A stretch of DNA of 64,000 nucleotides, taken from Pilosibacter sp. GTDB taxonomy: Bacteria; Bacillota; Clostridia; Lachnospirales; Lachnospiraceae. The notes below the pieces were generated by a model that saw only the letters and a program-made list of their open reading frames with translations, was not told the origin of the DNA and ran no database searches. The translations under genes and the position numbers were made by a program. Shown in pieces: positions 8,501-18,264 of this stretch. The number at the start of each line of letters is the position of its first letter. Within the stretch, counting starts at the first letter, position 1. The stretch is taken from positions 5,978 through 69,977 of the forward strand of contig JAZTZT010000153.1 in NCBI GenBank assembly GCA_045637605.1, read 5' to 3'.

Positions 8501-10075
8501 ATGGGAAAAGTTTATTTATTAGACTGTACCTTGCGAGATGGCGGTTATGTCAATGACTGGCGTTTCGGTGAAAAAGCGATAAAAGAAATTGGTCGTAAAC
8601 TGGCTCAGACGGGGATTGAGATGTTTGAAGTCGGTTTTATCAAAGGCGATACATATGATCCTGACCGTGCAGTGTATCCGGACGTAGATCACATCAAACC
8701 GATGATCCAGCCAAAGGATACCAAGATGAAATATGTGGGCATGGTGGATATGAGTGCTCCGATCCCGTTAGACCGTATTCCTCCGTGTGACGGAACATCG
8801 ATCGATGGAATCCGCGTGATTTTTAAGAAAAGCAAGATCCATGAAGCATATGAATATTGCAAAAAGATTCAGGAACTGGGATATTTTATCTCTGTAAACT
8901 TTGTAGGTACAGATTTATATACGGATAAGGAATTTATTGAAGGAATCGAGCTGTTCAATCAGCTGAAACCATTTGCTGTTTCCATCGTAGACAGCTTCGG
9001 TCTGATCAAGCGGAAACAGTTCCTTCGTCTGGTTTATCTGGCAGACAACAATCTGGCAGAAGGAATTACTTTGGCCTATCATGCACACAACAATCTGCAG
9101 CAGGCACTTGGTAATGCAGAGGCATTGGTAGAGATGAACCTGAAACGTGATCTTGTGATCGATGCATGTGTATTTGGTATGGGACGCGGAGCAGGAAATC
9201 TGAATCTGGAATTGTTCGCGGAGTATATGAATGAGAACTACGATACAAATTATAAGATTGAGCCGATGTTAGAGATCATGGATGAGTATCTCAATGAGAT
9301 TCATAAATCCAAATTCTGGGGCTATTCGCTTCCGTTGTATCTTTCTGCGATCAATGGATGTCATCCGAATTATGCGATCCACCTGGCAGAGAAGGATTCC
9401 CTGACTGTAAAATCTTTCAATGAATTATTAAAAGGAATGCCGGATGAACATAAAGCAATCTACACAAAGGATCGTGCAGAGCAGCATTATCGTCAGTATC
9501 AAGAGAATTATTTAGACGATAAAGAGGCGCTGAATCGTCTGGCGGAAGAAATCGGTCAGAAGCATGTGGTTCTTCTGGCACCGGGAAAAGGTCTTCAGGA
9601 ATATAAAGAAGAGGTATTAAAAGCATGTCGGAACGATCATACCGCGGTCATCGCTGTAAATTTCCCGGCTGAGGAGTTTGAACCGGAATACATTTTCAGC
9701 AGCAATATGCGCAGATTTGCGAAGATACAGGAAAACACAGAAAAGAAGTGTATCACGACATCCAATATGAAGGATTGTCAGAAGAGTGACTTCATGGTAA
9801 ATTTCTCCAGCTATGCATCCAAAACTCCGGAAATCATGGATAACTCCGGTTTGATGTTATTGAAGCTGTTGATCGCGATTGGTGTAAAACATGTTTCCAT
9901 CGCTGGTATGGATGGGTATTCTGCGTACAGTGGAAACGATTACATTCACCAGAATCTGGTGTTTGATTTCTCTAAAGAAGCGGAACTTCGAAACCGCCTG
10001 ATTTCCGAGGAAATGAGAGAATTGAAAAAACAGATCGAGATTACATTTATCACACCGACAAGATATTGTGTATAA
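8501..10075 (+). CDS. HMGL-like aldolase domain fused to a DUF115/MptE-like C-terminal domain
   Basis: The N-terminus has LDCTLRDGGY, the pyruvate carboxyltransferase / 4-hydroxy-2-oxovalerate aldolase signature. The C-terminus has VLLAPGKG...IAVNF...SIAGMDGY, a DUF115-type pattern. The ATG at 8501 follows AAGGAGAG. Confidence 0.65.
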   Translation: MGKVYLLDCTLRDGGYVNDWRFGEKAIKEIGRKLAQTGIEMFEVGFIKGDTYDPDRAVYPDVDHIKPMIQPKDTKMKYVGMVDMSAPIPLDRIPPCDGTSIDGIRVIFKKSKIHEAYEYCKKIQELGYFISVNFVGTDLYTDKEFIEGIELFNQLKPFAVSIVDSFGLIKRKQFLRLVYLADNNLAEGITLAYHAHNNLQQALGNAEALVEMNLKRDLVIDACVFGMGRGAGNLNLELFAEYMNENYDTNYKIEPMLEIMDEYLNEIHKSKFWGYSLPLYLSAINGCHPNYAIHLAEKDSLTVKSFNELLKGMPDEHKAIYTKDRAEQHYRQYQENYLDDKEALNRLAEEIGQKHVVLLAPGKGLQEYKEEVLKACRNDHTAVIAVNFPAEEFEPEYIFSSNMRRFAKIQENTEKKCITTSNMKDCQKSDFMVNFSSYASKTPEIMDNSGLMLLKLLIAIGVKHVSIAGMDGYSAYSGNDYIHQNLVFDFSKEAELRNRLISEEMRELKKQIEITFITPTRYCV

Positions 10076-10077
10076 AG

Positions 10078-10141
10078 AAAGAACTCGGTTTTTGTCTTTG
10101 ACGATGATAAAATCGTTGGCAGACAGAAACCGAGTTTTTTA
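10078..10141. terminator. Bidirectional terminator between convergent genes
   Basis: 16-bp stem aactcggtttttgtct/agacagaaaccgagtt with one G-U pair. It is flanked by an A-run upstream and a T-run downstream. Confidence 0.8.
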
Positions 10142-11527
10142 TTATTTGTTGAGTGTAAGTGCCATATCTTTGTTCAGCAGATATGGTCTTAAGTATCCAA
10201 CGGTGCTGCACATTGGAAGCACATCATCGGAGATTAGAATATGTAATTCGTGACGGATATATTGCAGTCTCTGCTGCATGCGTTTCCACAAATCCGGATA
10301 CTCTTCCTGAATTTGTTTTTTCAGAGTTTCATCAGCCAGTACAACGGTACTTTCTGCAGACACACCAGCTATTCCTGATTTGGAGGGAATGATATCAACC
10401 TGGAAGATCATTCCACTTTTTAGTATTTCGGCAGAACCTTCATAGATGGGAGAGGAGAGCCATTCTTCTTCAGCAACCAGATGTCCCGGACAAAGCTCCC
10501 AATGGTATTCTGACTTTGGAAGAACGGATTCAATCAGCTCGTAGAGTTCACCACCGGTCATTCCGATTCGGATATTTTTCAGCCATGTGGTGTAGGCTCT
10601 ATAATATGGGATTGCCAGTTCATCCAAGTAGTTCGCTGCAGATTCTGGGAGTTCCTCCTTTGTGTGAACTGCATATCCGGCGCGGCTGGATAAACCACCT
10701 GCATATCCAACAGTCATAGAGATTGGATCACCAAGCTGCACCTTACGAGATGTAGGGAACATATTACCTTTGATAAAACGTTCTCCTGCAGCAGCGATGG
10801 TGGTCACACTTGTATGCTGGCCATACCGAACCAATCGGTCACCCAGTTCTAATTCGGATACTCCGATATCCAGCGTATTCATAGCATCAAGCATGGAATC
10901 AGAGGCAAGGGATGCACCATATTCATAGTGGGCGATTTCATTGGAATTATTGGTGATCCTGGCACCATCCTCACCAATAAAAAGAGCAGTCTCGTTTGTA
11001 ATAAGACTTACATCCTCTGCAATAGTTCTGATTGCATCTAAAATGAAAGCCGGAATATCAAACATTTCTCTAACAGGATCTGATTTACTTGTAAAATGTT
11101 TCCAACCAACGATTCCGATCCGTTGATGTTTTGCGATACCAGCCTCAGTCAATAAATCAAGGAAGGAACAGTCATTTCGATTCGGTTGATTTGGAAGAGA
11201 GAATAAAGAAACATGGATCGGACGGCACTGAAATCTTGCTTTGGAACATTTGTTTAAATTCTCGTTTCCAAGCATCAAAACCATGTCTCCACTTTTGTCT
11301 AAGATCAGTAGGGCTTCCTCAAATCTTGTATAAAATCCGACCAGATAAGAAAAATTATTTCCATGCTCCACATCACAGTAGATGATCAGTTTATCCAGAT
11401 TGCGCGCCTTCATGCGCGCAAGAATCTTTTCTTTCCGTTCATGCAGGGTCTCATCAGTCAACTGGACCGGAACTGCATGATCCATGATCGGGCTTGAGAC
11501 TGGGCAATAAGTAATTGTAGAATTCAT
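10142..11527 (-). CDS. M24-family (Xaa-Pro aminopeptidase/creatinase-fold) protein
   Basis: The N-terminal region is creatinase/prolidase-N-like (LDKLIIYCDVEHGNNFSYL). The C-terminal half looks like a pita-bread fold (PGHLV, FQVDI, SAESTVVL). I did not verify that the metal ligands are all present. Confidence 0.6.
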   Translation of the reverse strand: MNSTITYCPVSSPIMDHAVPVQLTDETLHERKEKILARMKARNLDKLIIYCDVEHGNNFSYLVGFYTRFEEALLILDKSGDMVLMLGNENLNKCSKARFQCRPIHVSLFSLPNQPNRNDCSFLDLLTEAGIAKHQRIGIVGWKHFTSKSDPVREMFDIPAFILDAIRTIAEDVSLITNETALFIGEDGARITNNSNEIAHYEYGASLASDSMLDAMNTLDIGVSELELGDRLVRYGQHTSVTTIAAAGERFIKGNMFPTSRKVQLGDPISMTVGYAGGLSSRAGYAVHTKEELPESAANYLDELAIPYYRAYTTWLKNIRIGMTGGELYELIESVLPKSEYHWELCPGHLVAEEEWLSSPIYEGSAEILKSGMIFQVDIIPSKSGIAGVSAESTVVLADETLKKQIQEEYPDLWKRMQQRLQYIRHELHILISDDVLPMCSTVGYLRPYLLNKDMALTLNK

Positions 11528-11551
11528 TTCAGTTAGACTCCTTTTCGTACA

Positions 11552-12391
11552 TCAATTACTGGAAACAAAATATTGTTTTAGCCATTTCATCAGGCAGTCC
11601 ACCCAAGCACGGTCATATGCGATATCTGCAGACATGACTCTCGAAACTTCCGGATTGCTTACAGAAAGACCGTGAGCACCAAATGGGAAAATATGAAGTT
11701 CGTATGGAATCTGATATTTGGACAGCGCAGTTGCATAGACCAAACTATTGGTGACCGGAACAGAAGCATCTGATGCAGTATGCCAGATAAATGCCGGTGG
11801 AGTGCTTGCGCTGACATTCTGTTCGCAGGAATGATAACGAACTTCTTCTGCTGACGGTTCGTGTCCGAGGAGATTTAAAATACTTCCCTGATGAGTAAAG
11901 CTCATATCGGCAGTAATGACCGGATAAGACAGGATCGTAGCAGCAACCTGCTTGCTTTCCGGGAAAACTTCGCGAATTTCCGGAGTATCAAATTTCGTTG
12001 CATAACTCGCAGTTAAATGTCCGCCGGCGGAAAAGCCCATCAAAGCAATCTTTGATGTATCACAGTTCCATTCATCAGCATGTTTATAAATAAGTTCCAG
12101 AGCAGCAGCAACTTCACGAATCTGTGTCGGATATCGATGCGGTTCCGTAGAATAAGTCAAAAGAAAGGCATTGAAACCTTGAGGCAAGAAGTGGAGTGCA
12201 ACGATCTCAGATTCGCGCTGGCTGCAAAAGCCATATCCACCACCCGGGCAGATCAAGATACATGGGCGTTTCTGATGTTCTTGTTCCATTTCTGTCATAT
12301 TAAACGGAAGATATAATTCAAGTGTCGGATCCGCATGATCAGATCCAAGAAATGGATAAAAATCTTTTAAATGCAGAGTCGTATTTCTCAT
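11552..12391 (-). CDS. Alpha/beta hydrolase (esterase/lipase-type)
   Basis: GFSAGGH nucleophile elbow, an HGGG-like oxyanion segment (CPGGGYG) and a C-terminal FPFGAHG histidine motif. Confidence 0.75.
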   Translation of the reverse strand: MRNTTLHLKDFYPFLGSDHADPTLELYLPFNMTEMEQEHQKRPCILICPGGGYGFCSQRESEIVALHFLPQGFNAFLLTYSTEPHRYPTQIREVAAALELIYKHADEWNCDTSKIALMGFSAGGHLTASYATKFDTPEIREVFPESKQVAATILSYPVITADMSFTHQGSILNLLGHEPSAEEVRYHSCEQNVSASTPPAFIWHTASDASVPVTNSLVYATALSKYQIPYELHIFPFGAHGLSVSNPEVSRVMSADIAYDRAWVDCLMKWLKQYFVSSN

Positions 12392-12594
12392 AATTCATGT
12401 ACTCCTTTCAAGGGGTGGTTACGGTTATTATTGAGTATAGTGTATCATTTTGCCTTGATTCACGTCAAGAATCGCAGGAAAAAGATGAAATATCTGAATT
12501 CTTGTCGAAAAAGGGCTTGACGTTTTCATAAAAGTAGTGCAAACTGTTATAGATAGTATTAAAAACTACATGAATGGATTGGGGAATATATATT

Positions 12595-13428
12595 ATGGTA
12601 AGAATTATCACAGACTCTTCTACATTATACACCATTGATCAGGCACAGGAAAAAGGCTTTGATTCTGTTCCGTTAAGCATGGTTATCGGTGACTGGGATG
12701 GAAAAGATCTCCAGATGGATTATGACCGATTCTACGAAGAAATCGCAAAAGGTAATCATCCGAAGTCTTCTCAGCCGTCTATTGGTGATGTAGTGGATTC
12801 GTTTGAAAAATATCCGGAAGATGAGATTATCAATATCTCTATGGCAGACGGTCTCTCCGGTACATACCAGAGTGCTTGCAGTGCACGTGAGATGGTTGAT
12901 CACAAGGACAATATTACAGTTATCAACTCAAGAACACTTTGCGGTCCGCATCGTTATATGGTAACAGAAGCGCAGAAGATGAAAGAGGCCGGAAAGTCAG
13001 CGAAAGAGATTATTGACTGGGTAACACAGAAATCTTTTGAAACAGATTCCTGGCTGATCCCGCAGGACTTCGGTTTCTTAAGAAGAGGCGGACGTATGAC
13101 TCCGACAGCAGCTGCGATCGGTTCTGTTCTGAAATTAAAACCGGTTCTCTGTCTTACAGAAGACTGCAAGAGATTAGATAAATTTGCGATCAAGAGAACA
13201 TTTTCCAGCGCAGTAAAAGCAATCCTTGACAGCTTAAAAGATAAGCCGTTTGGAAGTGATTACATCTTCTATGTAGTACATGCACGCGCGTTTAAAGATT
13301 GCCAGACAACGGTTGATCTGATTAAAGAATACTTCCCGGAAGTAACAATCGAAACATACGAACTGAGCCATGCATTTATCACACAGGGTGGCCCGGCTTG
13401 TGTAGCGATCCAGTATATTAAGAAATAA
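12595..13428 (+). CDS. DegV-family fatty-acid-binding protein
   Basis: The N-terminus MVRIITDSSTLY, SQPS and GLSGTYQSA motifs are typical of DegV proteins. Confidence 0.85.
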   Translation: MVRIITDSSTLYTIDQAQEKGFDSVPLSMVIGDWDGKDLQMDYDRFYEEIAKGNHPKSSQPSIGDVVDSFEKYPEDEIINISMADGLSGTYQSACSAREMVDHKDNITVINSRTLCGPHRYMVTEAQKMKEAGKSAKEIIDWVTQKSFETDSWLIPQDFGFLRRGGRMTPTAAAIGSVLKLKPVLCLTEDCKRLDKFAIKRTFSSAVKAILDSLKDKPFGSDYIFYVVHARAFKDCQTTVDLIKEYFPEVTIETYELSHAFITQGGPACVAIQYIKK

Positions 13429-13571
13429 AATTTGATAGTCTAACAGACATGAGGCAGCAGTGTTTTGTGTCTGTTTTTCTTTTTGAAAATTTCCATAGAA
13501 ATTGCAAGAGAATCGTAGGTTGTGTTAAAATAGAATTATCGAAGATTCAATATATAGAAAGCGAATAGACA

Positions 13572-14591
13572 ATGGAAGCATTTTACTATAATCAAATGTC
13601 AAAGGTAGAGCAGGCAGTCTATCATGCAATGAAGACCGGATTTTCAGAAATGGCAACGTCTTTTCTTGTACCACGTGTGGAAGCGAAAGTATTGGGAGAG
13701 GTGTTTTTCCGCATGCGTCTGGATCATCCGGAGATTTTTTATGCAGTAAATTTTAAATACCGCTCATATCGAGATTCCAATAATCTGGAGATCATTCCGG
13801 AATATTTATTTGAAAAATCGAAAGTGAAAGATCATCAGAAGGCAATGAAATCTCGTGTTGAAAAATTGGTCCGTCCGGCTGCTAAGATGAGTGAAAAGGA
13901 AAAAGAACAGTATATCCATGACTTTATTTGTCAGAATGTCCATTATGATAAATTAAAAAAGGCATATTCTCATGAGATTATTGGACCGCTTGGACAGGGA
14001 GTCGGTGTCTGTGAGGGAATCGCCAAAACGGTGAAAATTTTATGTGATAATCTGGGAATCTGGTGTATCATTGCAATCTCGGAAGCAAATCCGGAGAAAC
14101 AGATCAAATACCGTCATGCGTGGAACATTGTGCGGATTGATGGGAAGTACTATCATCTGGATGCAACATTTGACAATTCACTTGGCAAAAGCTCTCCGGA
14201 AATCCGTTATGATTATTTCAATCTGGACGATTCCAGAATGTTTCGAGATCATGAACCGGTGATCTGGAAAGTTCCGGTTTGCAGTGACGGAGAACACTTT
14301 TACTATAAAGAGAAAAAGATTTCCTTTACAAAAGTGGAAGAAGTGAAGAAACGTGCGCTTCAAGCTGCAAAAAAAGGAAAAACGTTTATTTTCCATTGGA
14401 GAGGCGGCTATCTGACCAAGGAAATATTGAAAGAATTGCTGGAGGCACTGACAGAAGCGGCGACGGAAAAAGGAAGGTATTTGCGTGTCAGCTTAAACTG
14501 GCCGCAAGCAGTACTTCATGCAGAGTTTTCCGAGATCCTTCCGGAACAGGCCGTTGTGATGGAAGAAGCGAATGAAGGAGAACAGTTATAG
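13572..14591 (+). CDS. Transglutaminase-like (Cys-His-Asp) domain protein
   Basis: GVGVCEGIAKT (catalytic Cys), then HAWNIVRIDGKYYHLDATFD (His and Asp). Confidence 0.7.
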   Translation: MEAFYYNQMSKVEQAVYHAMKTGFSEMATSFLVPRVEAKVLGEVFFRMRLDHPEIFYAVNFKYRSYRDSNNLEIIPEYLFEKSKVKDHQKAMKSRVEKLVRPAAKMSEKEKEQYIHDFICQNVHYDKLKKAYSHEIIGPLGQGVGVCEGIAKTVKILCDNLGIWCIIAISEANPEKQIKYRHAWNIVRIDGKYYHLDATFDNSLGKSSPEIRYDYFNLDDSRMFRDHEPVIWKVPVCSDGEHFYYKEKKISFTKVEEVKKRALQAAKKGKTFIFHWRGGYLTKEILKELLEALTEAATEKGRYLRVSLNWPQAVLHAEFSEILPEQAVVMEEANEGEQL

Positions 14592-14622
14592 GATGTCAAT
14601 CCTACATATGGAGGTGTGTACC

Positions 14623-15414
14623 ATGGCATTGTTTCAGAAAAAACCACCACTAGAGAAAGAATGGGAAGCATTGATGAAAGAAGAGCGAAAGTTCTTGCTT
14701 TCTCGTGCAGAGAAAAAGGATTCCCTTCTCAATCAGAAACTGGAGCAAGTAATTCCGGATAAATTACAAGATACGTTGGATGCAGCATTTGCAAAAGCAT
14801 TTGGTCTGATCTTTGATAAGGGAACCGGAGTAATCGAAAAGACATACAACAGAGAGGATCTGGAACAGAATTTTCAGATCAACCAATTTACTTCAGACAT
14901 AAAAAAAGATGGAAAATCGTTGAAGAAATTTTCGAAGAAAGCAAAACAGTCTGGAAATAGGAATCTTCTGGTATCCGGAGCGGCAGGAATCGGTATGGGA
15001 GCCATCGGTGTTGGAATTCCGGATGTTCCTGTTTTTATCGGAATGGTCTTGAAATCTGTCTATGAGATTGCTTTGAATTATGGCTATCGTTATGATACGC
15101 CGGAAGAGCAATATTTTATTTTGTTGTTGGTCGAAACAGCAGTGTCTCACGGACGAGAGATGATCGAACGGAACCAAGAAGTGGATCGTTACATCAAAAC
15201 AGAACAAATGCCGGAACCATACAATCGAGAGAAGCAGATCAAACTGACTTCGGCAAGGTTATCAAAAGAATTGCTTTATATGAAGTTTCTGCAAGGGGTT
15301 CCAATTGTGGGCGTTGTCGGGGGAGCATATGACGTGGTTTATTTAAAACAGATCACAGACTACGCGGCACTGAAGTATAGACGTCGGTTCCTGACAAAAA
15401 AGCGAATGGAATAG
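14623..15414 (+). CDS. EcsC-family protein
   Basis: The N-terminal pattern (KEWEAL...FLLSRAEKK...LNQKLEQVIPDKLQ..LDAAF.KAF) and glycine-rich membrane-associated middle segment fit EcsC. The ATG at 14623 follows GGAGGTG. Confidence 0.6.
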   Translation: MALFQKKPPLEKEWEALMKEERKFLLSRAEKKDSLLNQKLEQVIPDKLQDTLDAAFAKAFGLIFDKGTGVIEKTYNREDLEQNFQINQFTSDIKKDGKSLKKFSKKAKQSGNRNLLVSGAAGIGMGAIGVGIPDVPVFIGMVLKSVYEIALNYGYRYDTPEEQYFILLLVETAVSHGREMIERNQEVDRYIKTEQMPEPYNREKQIKLTSARLSKELLYMKFLQGVPIVGVVGGAYDVVYLKQITDYAALKYRRRFLTKKRME

Positions 15415-15426
15415 CGATTTTTTGTG

Positions 15427-15455
15427 TTTACAGATTTTTTTACTTATGTTATAAT
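15427..15455 (+). promoter_or_regulatory. Sigma-A-type promoter
   Basis: TTTACA, 17-nt spacer, TATAAT, with a TGn extended -10. Confidence 0.6.
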
Positions 15456-15493
15456 GACTCCATATGAACAAAAATATAAAGGATGGTTTTGCA

Positions 15494-16009
15494 ATGGCAA
15501 CTTTACTTGAAAACTGGAGAGGTCTCGCATACGGCGATGGTCTCGATAATAAACAGCAGGAAAATCTCTGGAGAGGTTATTTTACAATCGAGAAAGGTAT
15601 CTACGAGCAGATCCTTGCTAATCCGACAGAGGTAGTAGAAGGCACAGTAAAAGAGCTCGCTGAGAAATATGATACAGAAGTTCTGATCATGACAGGTTTC
15701 TTAGATGGTATCAACGAGAGCTTAAAGGGTTACGCAAACCCGATCGAGACAATGGACGAGAACACAGTTGTTAAGATCGAAATCGACCCGGAGAAGCTTT
15801 ACTACAACATGGTAGAAGCAAAAGCTACATGGCTTTACGAGCTTCCGCAGTGGGATGCGATCCTTACAGCAGAGAGAAGAGCAGAGCTTTACAAGGAGCA
15901 GAAAGCTTCCGGTACAGTTCGTCGTGAGGCAGTGAAAGTTTACCCGAACGATCCGTGTCCGTGCGGAAGCGGTAAGAAGTACAAAAAGTGCTGTGGCCGC
16001 AATAAGTAA
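15494..16009 (+). CDS. SEC-C metal-binding motif protein
   Basis: C-terminal CPCGSGKKYKKCCG. The ATG at 15494 follows AAGGA; the track start at 15464 lies too close to the promoter. Confidence 0.7.
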   Translation: MATLLENWRGLAYGDGLDNKQQENLWRGYFTIEKGIYEQILANPTEVVEGTVKELAEKYDTEVLIMTGFLDGINESLKGYANPIETMDENTVVKIEIDPEKLYYNMVEAKATWLYELPQWDAILTAERRAELYKEQKASGTVRREAVKVYPNDPCPCGSGKKYKKCCGRNK

Positions 16010-16092
16010 TGATTTTTGACGGACAAGCCATTACCTATTATGTGGGTAGTGGCTTTTTCCTTATTTTAGAATAACTCTCTGGGAGGTCAGAT

Positions 16093-16854
16093 ATGGAAGC
16101 GTATACCGGTTTTGCAGCTGTTTATGATACTTTCATGGATAACATTCCGTACGCGGAGTGGTGCAAGTATCTGACAGGGCTTTTAAGAGAATATGGAGTG
16201 AAGGACGGTCTGGTATTGGATCTGGGATGCGGTACAGGAAGTCTCACAGAACTTCTGGCTGAGGAAGGCTACGATATGATCGGAATCGATTATTCCGAAG
16301 AGATGCTGGAACTGGCCATGGAAAAGAAATACGATTCCGGAAAGGATATTCTGTACCTTTGTCAGGATATGCGAGAGTTTGAACTTTATGGTACCGTTGC
16401 GGCAGTCGTTTCCATCTGTGACTGCATGAACTACGTTACCGAGTATGAGGATCTGACCGAGGTATTCCGTTTGGTCAATAACTATCTTGATCCCAAAGGC
16501 ATCTTTGTTTTTGATATGAACACAGAATATAAGTATTCTGTAGTTATGGGTGACACGACGATCGCAGAAGACCGTGAAGATTCCAGCTTTATCTGGGAGA
16601 ACCAGTATGAAGCTGAGGAGAAGATCAACATTTATGATCTTTCTATTTTCGTGCGGGAAGAGGAAGACCTATACCGCAAGTACCACGAAACACATTACCA
16701 GAGAGCCTATTCTTTGGACGAGGTTAAGGCTGCGATCGAGGAGGCCGGAATGGAGTTTGTGACTGCGTATGATGCATTTACAAAGGATGCGCCGAAACCG
16801 ACGAGTGAGAGGATCTACGTGATCGCAAGGGAACGTGGGAAATTTGAAGAGTAA
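16093..16854 (+). CDS. Class I SAM-dependent methyltransferase
   Basis: VLDLGCGTGSLT motif I followed by a downstream acidic loop (IGIDYSEEM). Confidence 0.8.
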   Translation: MEAYTGFAAVYDTFMDNIPYAEWCKYLTGLLREYGVKDGLVLDLGCGTGSLTELLAEEGYDMIGIDYSEEMLELAMEKKYDSGKDILYLCQDMREFELYGTVAAVVSICDCMNYVTEYEDLTEVFRLVNNYLDPKGIFVFDMNTEYKYSVVMGDTTIAEDREDSSFIWENQYEAEEKINIYDLSIFVREEEDLYRKYHETHYQRAYSLDEVKAAIEEAGMEFVTAYDAFTKDAPKPTSERIYVIARERGKFEE

Positions 16855-16901
16855 ACAAATACCGTTGATAATAGACAGTAGTATAGAAAGGTTTGAGTAA
16901 T

Positions 16902-17786
16902 ATGACAGATTATATTATCCGTGCAACGGCTGCCGATGGTCAGGTAAGAGCATTTGCGGCTGTGACAAGAGAGATGGTTGAAACTGCCAGAGGCTTTCAC
17001 AATGCCAGCCCGGTAGCGACTGCAGCGCTTGGTCGTCTTCTGACAGCCGGTGCGATGATGGGCGTTATGATGAAGGGAGAAAAGGATCTTCTGACACTTC
17101 GTATCGAATGTCAGGGACCGATCGAAGGTCTGATCGTAACTGCAAATGCAGCAGGTGATGTAAAGGGCTATGCATTTAATCCGGATGTTATGCTTCCGGC
17201 CAATGAACAGGGCAAATTAGACGTTGGCGGAGCACTGGATCTTGGTGTGCTTAGTGTTATTAAGGATATCGGTTTAAAAGAGCCGTACATTGGTCAGACA
17301 ATCCTTATGACCAGTGAGATCGCAGAAGATTTAACATACTATTATGCAAACTCTGAGCAGATCCCGTCTTCTGTGGCACTTGGCGTTCTGATGAATAAGG
17401 ACAATACTGTTCGTCAGGCAGGTGGATTTATTATCCAGCTTCTTCCGGGAGCAACAGATGAGATGATCGACATGCTTGAAAAGCGCTTGGGCGAGATCAC
17501 ATCCATCACTTCTCTTCTGGATGCAGGAAAGACACCGGAAGAGATCCTCGAATATCTTCTTGGCGATTTCGGTCTTGAGATTCTGGATAAACTTCCGACT
17601 AGATTCCATTGTGACTGTACAAAAGACCGTGTGGAAAAGGCTCTGATCAGTGTGGGAAGAAAAGAACTTCAGGAAATGATCGACGAAGGAAAGACCGTAG
17701 AGTGTGGATGCCAGTTCTGCAATAAAGTGTACACATTCGATGTAGAAGAATTAAAGGATATGCTTGCAAAAGCAATCAGACCATAA
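16902..17786 (+). CDS. hslO: Hsp33 redox-regulated chaperone
   Basis: Hsp33 fold pattern with a C-terminal zinc centre, CDC...(x)...CxxC (FHCDCTKD, CGCQFCNK). Confidence 0.9.
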   Translation: MTDYIIRATAADGQVRAFAAVTREMVETARGFHNASPVATAALGRLLTAGAMMGVMMKGEKDLLTLRIECQGPIEGLIVTANAAGDVKGYAFNPDVMLPANEQGKLDVGGALDLGVLSVIKDIGLKEPYIGQTILMTSEIAEDLTYYYANSEQIPSSVALGVLMNKDNTVRQAGGFIIQLLPGATDEMIDMLEKRLGEITSITSLLDAGKTPEEILEYLLGDFGLEILDKLPTRFHCDCTKDRVEKALISVGRKELQEMIDEGKTVECGCQFCNKVYTFDVEELKDMLAKAIRP

Positions 17787-17798
17787 TTCAAGCCGTAA

Positions 17799-17847
17799 CA
17801 AAAATGGGCTGTGGCGAAACACATCGTCTCGCAACAGCCCATTTTTC
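17799..17847. terminator. Bidirectional terminator (hslO and csp convergent)
   Basis: Stem aaaatgggctgt/acagcccatttt with A and T runs on both sides. Confidence 0.8.
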
Positions 17848-17926
17848 TAATCCCGTTTGCTGCACTATATTTATACTAACCCTGATTTTACATGTTTAGA
17901 TAAATGGTACAATGAAGAACGGCAGA

Positions 17927-18124
17927 TTATAATTTGGTTACGTTTACTGCCTGCGGTCCTTTAGCTCCTTCGATCACGTCGAACTCAACTTCTGCACCTT
18001 CGTCCAGAGTTTTGAAGCCTTCCATGTTAAGACCGGAGTAATGAACGAATACATCGTTTCCAGCTGCGTCGCAGATGAAACCGTAACCCTTCTGGTTATT
18101 GAACCACTTAACTGTACCTTTCAT
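17927..18124 (-). CDS. Cold-shock protein (CspA family)
   Basis: 65 aa with RNP1/RNP2 motifs KGYGFI and VFVHYS. Confidence 0.95.
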   Translation of the reverse strand: MKGTVKWFNNQKGYGFICDAAGNDVFVHYSGLNMEGFKTLDEGAEVEFDVIEGAKGPQAVNVTKL

Positions 18125-18150
18125 GTTTGATACCTCCGAATAAATTACAT

Positions 18151-18170
18151 GCTATAGTATTTACTATAGC
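18151..18170 (-). promoter_or_regulatory. 5'-terminal stem-loop in the csp leader
   Basis: Perfect palindrome gctatagta-tt-tactatagc, beginning a few nt downstream of the predicted -10. Confidence 0.5.
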
Positions 18171-18178
18171 TTGCATTT

Positions 18179-18207
18179 AAGATACCATATTTTGGAGGCA
18201 ATGTCAA
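18179..18207 (-). promoter_or_regulatory. Sigma-A-type promoter of csp
   Basis: On the minus strand: TTGACA, 17-nt spacer, TATCTT, with a TGG extended -10. Confidence 0.65.
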
Positions 18208-18264
18208 ATCGAATCGTGTGAAAGATTTCGCAATTTATTAAAAAAAGGTGGAAAATGATTCGTA

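Noticed and set aside
10068-10253. 61-aa plus-strand ORF after the aldolase-fusion gene
   Set aside because: It reads through the bidirectional terminator and into the convergent M24-like gene, so it is not credible.
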